The notes under the pieces: generated by a model | The model's database searches: none | What the model saw: the letters and a program-made list of their open reading frames with translations, nothing else | What the model was told of the DNA's origin: nothing | NCBI GenBank assembly: GCA_963727625.1 | Contig: CAVSHR010000005.1 | Location: 32,001 to 96,000 of the forward strand | Length of the DNA: 64,000 nucleotides | Direction: 5' to 3' | Origin: an uncultured delta proteobacterium | Lineage (GTDB): Bacteria > Desulfobacterota > Binatia > UBA9968 | Program-made: the position numbers and the translations under genes | Shown: positions 59,558 through 64,000 of the stretch, one piece after another | Layout of the letters: each line of letters starts with the position of its first letter | Position numbering within the stretch: the first letter of the stretch is position 1

Positions 59558-61556
59558 TGCCGAGCTTTTCCATCCGCGATCGCAGGGTGCTCGGATTAAT
59601 GCCGAGCATATCCGCCGCGCCATTCTTGCCGTGAACCACCCAGCCGCACTCGTTTAACGCCAGCAAGATATGGCGGCGCTCGTTGTTTTCGAGCGTGTCG
59701 ATGAACGTGGCGCCGTGCAAGCTATCCAAGCTACGCAACAGGGATGGCTCGATCGGCACCACCGGCCCCTGGGCCAGGACCACCGAGCGCTCGATGACAT
59801 TTTGCAATTCGCGGATGTTTCCCGGCCAGCTGTAGCGGCACAAATGCTCCATCGAGCTTTGCGACACGCCGTGAATTTCCTTACCCAGGCTTTTCGCGAA
59901 CTTGCTGAGAAAAAAATTCACCAACAGCGGGATGTCCGCCGGCCGTTCGCGCAGCGCCGGCACTTCGAGAGGAAATACATTCAGGCGATAAAAGAGATCG
60001 GCGCGAAAGCCGCCGCTGCGGACCGCCTCCTGCAGATTGCGATTGGTGGCGGCGATCACGCGCACGTCGACTTTGATAGTGTGGCTGCTGCCCACCCTCT
60101 CAAACTCACCCTCTTGAAGCACGCGCAGTAATTTCACTTGGGTGTCCAGCGGCAATTCGGTGACCTCGTCGAGAAAGATCGTTCCGCCGTCGGCCAATTC
60201 AAAGCGGCCGATGCGTCGCTGGCTAGCGCCGGTGAACGCCCCCTTTTCGTGGCCGAACAGCTCGCTTTCCACCAACCCTGAAGGAATCGAGCCGCAGTTG
60301 ACTTTCACCAGGGGCCGGCTGTTACGCCGGCTGCGATCATGCAGCGCGCGCGCCAGCAGTTCCTTGCCCGTGCCGGTTTCACCGCGGATCAAAACCGTCG
60401 TGGTTGCCGGCGCGACCTGCTCGACTTTTCTCAGCAAATCGCGCAGCGGCGCGCTTTGGCCAATGATTTCTTCAAAATTATGCTCAGTCTTGAGCTCTTC
60501 CTGGAGATAAACCGCCTCGGCTTCGAATCTTGATTTCAGACCCTCCATCTCTTCGTGGGCCCTCATGTTGTCAACGGCGATGGCGATTTGCGCCGCGACC
60601 TCCATAAGAAATTCGGCGTCCGCTTCGGAATATTGCGCGCGATTCAAACTTCCCATCGTGATTGCGCCGATGCTTCGGCCGCGCACCACCAGCGGCAGAG
60701 CGCACAACGAGCGAAAACCGTGGCTATAAGCCCGTTCTTCGGAGTTCGTTACTCGCTCGGTTTCGAGATCGCGACGCAACACGTATTTTTGGCTGGTAAA
60801 AGCCAAACCGGCGGGACTGTCGTCGAGCTTCAGCTCCCGCCCCACCGGCGTGTAATCGTCGCGTTGATAGGGCCCGCCGTAAGTGACAATCAGTAACTGA
60901 TTTTGGTGGGTATCGTGCTGCGACAGAGCCAGCCGGTCGAATGGGACAATACACCTTACCGCCTCGGAGATCGCAGCCCAGAGTTCATCGCGTGCGCGCT
61001 TGGTAACTACGGCGTTGTTGATTTCGAGCAGCATGCGGCGCTGCGCCTCGCTGCGGCGCAACGACTCGTCGGCCCGGCAGCGCTCCAATTCCGACCCGGC
61101 GCGAGTGGCAAAGATGCGCAGTATCCGCACTTCCTGTTCGCCGAAGACGCGCGGTTTATCATCCATGACCACGAGATGTCCGAGAACCTTGCCGCGATAA
61201 TCGTGCAACGGCACACCCAGATAACTTTCCGCGCCAAGCGTCACCAGCGGTTTGTCCTCGGGAAACAACAATTGAAGTCGTTCCGGGTAGGCACAGATAT
61301 TTCCTTCGATGACTTTCTCGCAAGGAGTGCCGCGCAGCGCATATTCGACGTCCTGGGCAAAGCCCGCGCCATCCCAATACGCCAGCGCGCGCGCCCGCGT
61401 TTGCGCCGGCTCGATGCATTCCGCGACGAAGGTGTAACGCACTTCCAGCGCGCTCGCCAAATGTTTCGCCAACGAGCGAAAAAACTCCGAACCGGTGGCC
61501 CCGGCGATGCCTTCGGTGATGTGATAGAGCGTTTCGTCCCTGCGATGGATTTCCAT
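59541..61556 (-). CDS. Sigma54-dependent enhancer-binding protein, FhlA-like (two GAF domains, AAA+, HTH)
   Basis: GETGTGKEL, ESELFGHEKGAFTGA, FLDE, RVIAATN, WPGNIREL, AA..LGINPSTLRSRM. Confidence 0.95.
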   Translation of the reverse strand: MEIHRRDETLYHITEGIAGATGSEFFRSLAKHLASALEVRYTFVAECIEPAQTRARALAYWDGAGFAQDVEYALRGTPCEKVIEGNICAYPERLQLLFPEDKPLVTLGAESYLGVPLHDYRGKVLGHLVVMDDKPRVFGEQEVRILRIFATRAGSELERCRADESLRRSEAQRRMLLEINNAVVTKRARDELWAAISEAVRCIVPFDRLALSQHDTHQNQLLIVTYGGPYQRDDYTPVGRELKLDDSPAGLAFTSQKYVLRRDLETERVTNSEERAYSHGFRSLCALPLVVRGRSIGAITMGSLNRAQYSEADAEFLMEVAAQIAIAVDNMRAHEEMEGLKSRFEAEAVYLQEELKTEHNFEEIIGQSAPLRDLLRKVEQVAPATTTVLIRGETGTGKELLARALHDRSRRNSRPLVKVNCGSIPSGLVESELFGHEKGAFTGASQRRIGRFELADGGTIFLDEVTELPLDTQVKLLRVLQEGEFERVGSSHTIKVDVRVIAATNRNLQEAVRSGGFRADLFYRLNVFPLEVPALRERPADIPLLVNFFLSKFAKSLGKEIHGVSQSSMEHLCRYSWPGNIRELQNVIERSVVLAQGPVVPIEPSLLRSLDSLHGATFIDTLENNERRHILLALNECGWVVHGKNGAADMLGINPSTLRSRMEKLGIKKPA

Positions 61557-61606
61557 TCTCTGCGCCTCAGGAATTAAAAAGATCTTATCGGATAGCCAAA
61601 CATCGT

Positions 61607-61652
61607 TGCGAAATATCGCAGTTGTCGTGATATTTCGCAACGAAATATCGCT
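61607..61652. promoter_or_regulatory. Upstream activator sequences (three CGAAATATCR boxes)
   Basis: TGCGAAATATCGCA (61607-61620), inverted TGATATTTCG (61628-61637), CGAAATATCG (61641-61650). Confidence 0.7.
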
Positions 61653-61685
61653 TCACAGCCCTCGTTGGCAAAGAATTAGTCACTT

Positions 61686-61698
61686 ATTCAACTACTTA
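61686..61698 (+). promoter_or_regulatory. IHF-like binding site
   Basis: ATTCAACTACTTA versus WATCAANNNNTTR (one mismatch), between the UAS and the -24/-12 promoter. Confidence 0.5.
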
Positions 61699-61704
61699 CG
61701 CTAA

Positions 61705-61720
61705 TGGCACAGACGCTGCT
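61705..61720 (+). promoter_or_regulatory. Sigma54 (-24/-12) promoter
   Basis: TGGCACAGACGCTGCT, GG-N10-GC with TGGCAC. Confidence 0.8.
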
Positions 61721-61757
61721 TTATTACCCATCCGAATAGTTGATTGCGAGGAGATCA

Positions 61758-62033
61758 ATGCTGAGGATCACGGAAAATTTGGAAAACGGCAATACAATTC
61801 GGCTGAGACTCGACGGCACCATTTCGTCGGTAACTTTGGAAGATCTAACCGAGGTTTGCGATCGCCACCAACAAAGCGAGGGCCGAACCATCATCGTTGA
61901 TATGGCGGGAGTGAACTTCATGCACGATGATGCGGCACGCCAGATGGCAAAATTGCGCGGTGAGTCACTGCGCATTATCAACTGTTCCCCTTTTATCTCG
62001 ACACTCTTGGACACGGTCGGAAGGATGGATTGA
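61758..62033 (+). CDS. STAS-like domain protein
   Basis: LRLDG, IVDMAGVNFMHD, I.NCSPFI; GAGGAG RBS. Confidence 0.75.
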   Translation: MLRITENLENGNTIRLRLDGTISSVTLEDLTEVCDRHQQSEGRTIIVDMAGVNFMHDDAARQMAKLRGESLRIINCSPFISTLLDTVGRMD

Positions 62034-62038
62034 ATTTC

Positions 62039-62791
62039 ATGGAGACCAAAAAACCAAAATCTCTAGTCCTGCAAATGAAGAAGACGACTATGTCACTCCC
62101 ACAGACAGCGTTGGCTGTTGCGCAAACGTCAACCTACGAGGCCCGCAATGTCGGCCCGAGGGCGAATGCGGCGAGACCCGCGGCACGGCGAAAAAAATCT
62201 ATTGGCGACGATCGCCAACTCATCGAAAGGCTCCAAGCGGGCGACCATCAAGCGCTGGAAGAGATTTTCAATCTATACTCAGGAAAGCTCTATAACGTGG
62301 CGCAGCGCATCCTCGGCGAGAATGCCGACACCGAAGAAATCATCCAGGATGTTTTCTGGACGGTTTACCGCAAAGCCAAGACCTTCAAAGGCGACTCGCA
62401 ATTTTCGACTTGGCTATACCGCCTGACGGTAAACGCCGCGCTGGGTCGCATCCGGCGCAGCAAGAAGAACAAGGAAGTCGAGTACGACGAGTTTTTGCCG
62501 AAGTTTCAATCGGACGGACACCATCTCGTGCGTCCGGTGGTCGACTGGTCGGACACCCTCGACGAGAAATACGCCCAACGCGAGATCCATGCCCTGCTCG
62601 GCAAAGCCTTGAATGAATTGAAGCCGCTGGATAAAAGCGTGATCGTGCTCAGCGATCTCGAAGGACTTTCCGACAGGGAAATCGCCGATACACTTCAATT
62701 GACTGTTTCCGCGGTGAAAACCAGACTGCATCGGGCGCGCCTGTTCTTGCGCGGCAAATTGGCGGTACAACTAGGACACTCGGCAGCGTAA
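62039..62791 (+). CDS. ECF RNA polymerase sigma factor
   Basis: D..LI..L..GD..A, EE..QDVF, F.G.S.FSTWLYR..VN, EGLS..EIA..L......VKTRLHRAR; exact start uncertain. Confidence 0.93.
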   Translation: METKKPKSLVLQMKKTTMSLPQTALAVAQTSTYEARNVGPRANAARPAARRKKSIGDDRQLIERLQAGDHQALEEIFNLYSGKLYNVAQRILGENADTEEIIQDVFWTVYRKAKTFKGDSQFSTWLYRLTVNAALGRIRRSKKNKEVEYDEFLPKFQSDGHHLVRPVVDWSDTLDEKYAQREIHALLGKALNELKPLDKSVIVLSDLEGLSDREIADTLQLTVSAVKTRLHRARLFLRGKLAVQLGHSAA

Positions 62792-62812
62792 TCCGAAGAA
62801 GGATACATCAAT

Positions 62813-63124
62813 ATGGCGAAACTCAAGGTGGCCGAGAAATCGCGTCTCAATGACTCTTGCAAAAATATGACGGATTTGATCTTGGATTATCTAACCGATC
62901 GACTGAGTCCGTGCCTGAAAGACGATTTCGAGCGCCATTTAAAAATGTGCCCGGATTGCGTGAATTTTTTAAAAACCTATCGCAAGACGATATCTCAGAC
63001 AGGATCGCTGAGTTCCGTGACCATTCCGGCGAAAGTGCGCAAAAACGTGCTCGCGTTCTTGCGCCGAAAAACCCATCGGATTGTCGTCCTTTTCTTTTAT
63101 TTAATCGCTCAAGTGACTGGATGA
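62813..63124 (+). CDS. Zinc-binding anti-sigma factor (zf-HC2/ZAS)
   Basis: C..M...I.DYL...L......FERHLKMCPDC (Hx3Cx2C), directly downstream of the ECF sigma. Confidence 0.85.
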   Translation: MAKLKVAEKSRLNDSCKNMTDLILDYLTDRLSPCLKDDFERHLKMCPDCVNFLKTYRKTISQTGSLSSVTIPAKVRKNVLAFLRRKTHRIVVLFFYLIAQVTG

Positions 63125-63155
63125 GTTGGCTTCCGGCTATAACCGGTTGGCTGCG

Positions 63156-63183
63156 TAACCTATGCTTACCGTCCCACGTCTAA
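63156..63183 (+). promoter_or_regulatory. Candidate ECF promoter AACC-N16-CRTCTAA, copy 2
   Basis: TAACC TATGCTTACCGTCCCA CGTCTAA upstream of ORF 63253. Confidence 0.65.
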
Positions 63184-63252
63184 GTGAAGTCGCTTGAGAC
63201 ATCCGTTTACGAGAAACTGGCGTAAAGTGGAAAAAAGGAAGGGAGCAGAAAC

Positions 63253-63456
63253 ATGAATACTTGGGAAGCAGTTTTTAGCCAAAGCCCGGCCAATGACGGT
63301 TACTACAACGGCGAAAAATTACCACAGGCCCATTGGGAATGGCCAAAGAGCACCTGGTTTCAGGCCCGCCTGGACCAGATTCGGGAAAACGAGCGGCCAT
63401 GGAACCCTCGAGCCGGCTTGAGACCACGAAATGCCGCTGCGTTGCGCACCATGTAG
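63253..63456 (+). CDS. Small hypothetical protein
   Basis: AAGGAAGGGAG RBS and upstream promoter motif; 67 aa, Trp-rich. Confidence 0.5.
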   Translation: MNTWEAVFSQSPANDGYYNGEKLPQAHWEWPKSTWFQARLDQIRENERPWNPRAGLRPRNAAALRTM

Positions 63457-63653
63457 TTGAGTCCGCAGTGGTTTTTGAATAGCTCGGACTTGCTCGCCGT
63501 ATATTCGCGACCTTCCTCGAGCGCTCAATGGAAAAAGCGCCGCGGGTATCTTTGCGCCCAGTCCCGAAAAAGTTTGGCGTCGCATCCTTGACACTGCTCC
63601 CAATCACCGCACGCGCACGCAGGGGATCATCCAGTCCGCTCGTAAATTTCTTG

Positions 63654-63681
63654 CAACCTAACGGCGGCGACGTACATCTAA
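63654..63681 (+). promoter_or_regulatory. Candidate ECF promoter AACC-N16-CRTCTAA, copy 3
   Basis: CAACC TAACGGCGGCGACGTA CATCTAA upstream of ORF 63716. Confidence 0.65.
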
Positions 63682-63715
63682 TCAACACGAACAGCCAAAA
63701 TTCGGGAGGCAGATC

Positions 63716-63973
63716 ATGAGAGCTAAAACAAACGGTGCAGCCGCAGCGCCAAAGTCAAAGACCCTTCGCTTCAAAACAACGCTTTTCGATCTTTTCGCCG
63801 GGCTGATCGATGGTCAAATCAACGACGCCGCCGCGGTCGCCAGCGTCCGGCAAATCTTCGCCCACTGCGACGTGCGCCTGGCTCGAACCTTGACGCCATT
63901 AAGATTGGCGGCTTCACCCGAATCTCCGCGAATAACCCGCAACCTCTCTAAAAACGGCTTGCGGTTGGCGTGA
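63716..63973 (+). CDS. Small hypothetical protein (TTLxDL motif)
   Basis: GGGAGG RBS and upstream promoter motif; KTTLFDL..D..AVA.V. Confidence 0.6.
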   Translation: MRAKTNGAAAAPKSKTLRFKTTLFDLFAGLIDGQINDAAAVASVRQIFAHCDVRLARTLTPLRLAASPESPRITRNLSKNGLRLA

Positions 63974-64000
63974 CCCGATCTCGCCAATTCCAGGAAATGG

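Overview
A GC-rich bacterial chromosomal segment. The many NitT/TauT-type binding proteins, ThDP enzymes, MFS transporters, amidohydrolase and M24 paralogs suggest a Candidatus Binatia/deltaproteobacterial-like genome (inference only). About 55 CDS are supportable; no rRNA, tRNA or CRISPR array was seen. Main points: (1) At 56.7-64 kb, a GAF-GAF sigma54 activator faces a sigma54 promoter that drives STAS, an ECF sigma and a zinc anti-sigma. A repeated ECF-type promoter (AACC-N16-CRTCTAA) precedes a UxxC redoxin-msrP-msrQ operon and small unknown proteins; the redoxin has an in-frame TGA with a SECIS-like hairpin. (2) An apparently catalytically dead GAPDH paralog is translationally coupled to an intact gap, and the pair is flanked by a duplication scar of the neighbouring acyl-CoA synthetase. 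(3) An accessory stretch (~16.5-27.5 kb) holds an apparently decaying peptide ABC system and an orphan integron-like cassette. (4) A membrane-anchored coiled-coil protein is built of ~ten 78-aa repeats. (5) There is a ThDP/AOR catabolic cluster, a RAYT remnant with REPs, and many short-period intergenic repeats. All calls come from reading motifs by eye; no searches were run.
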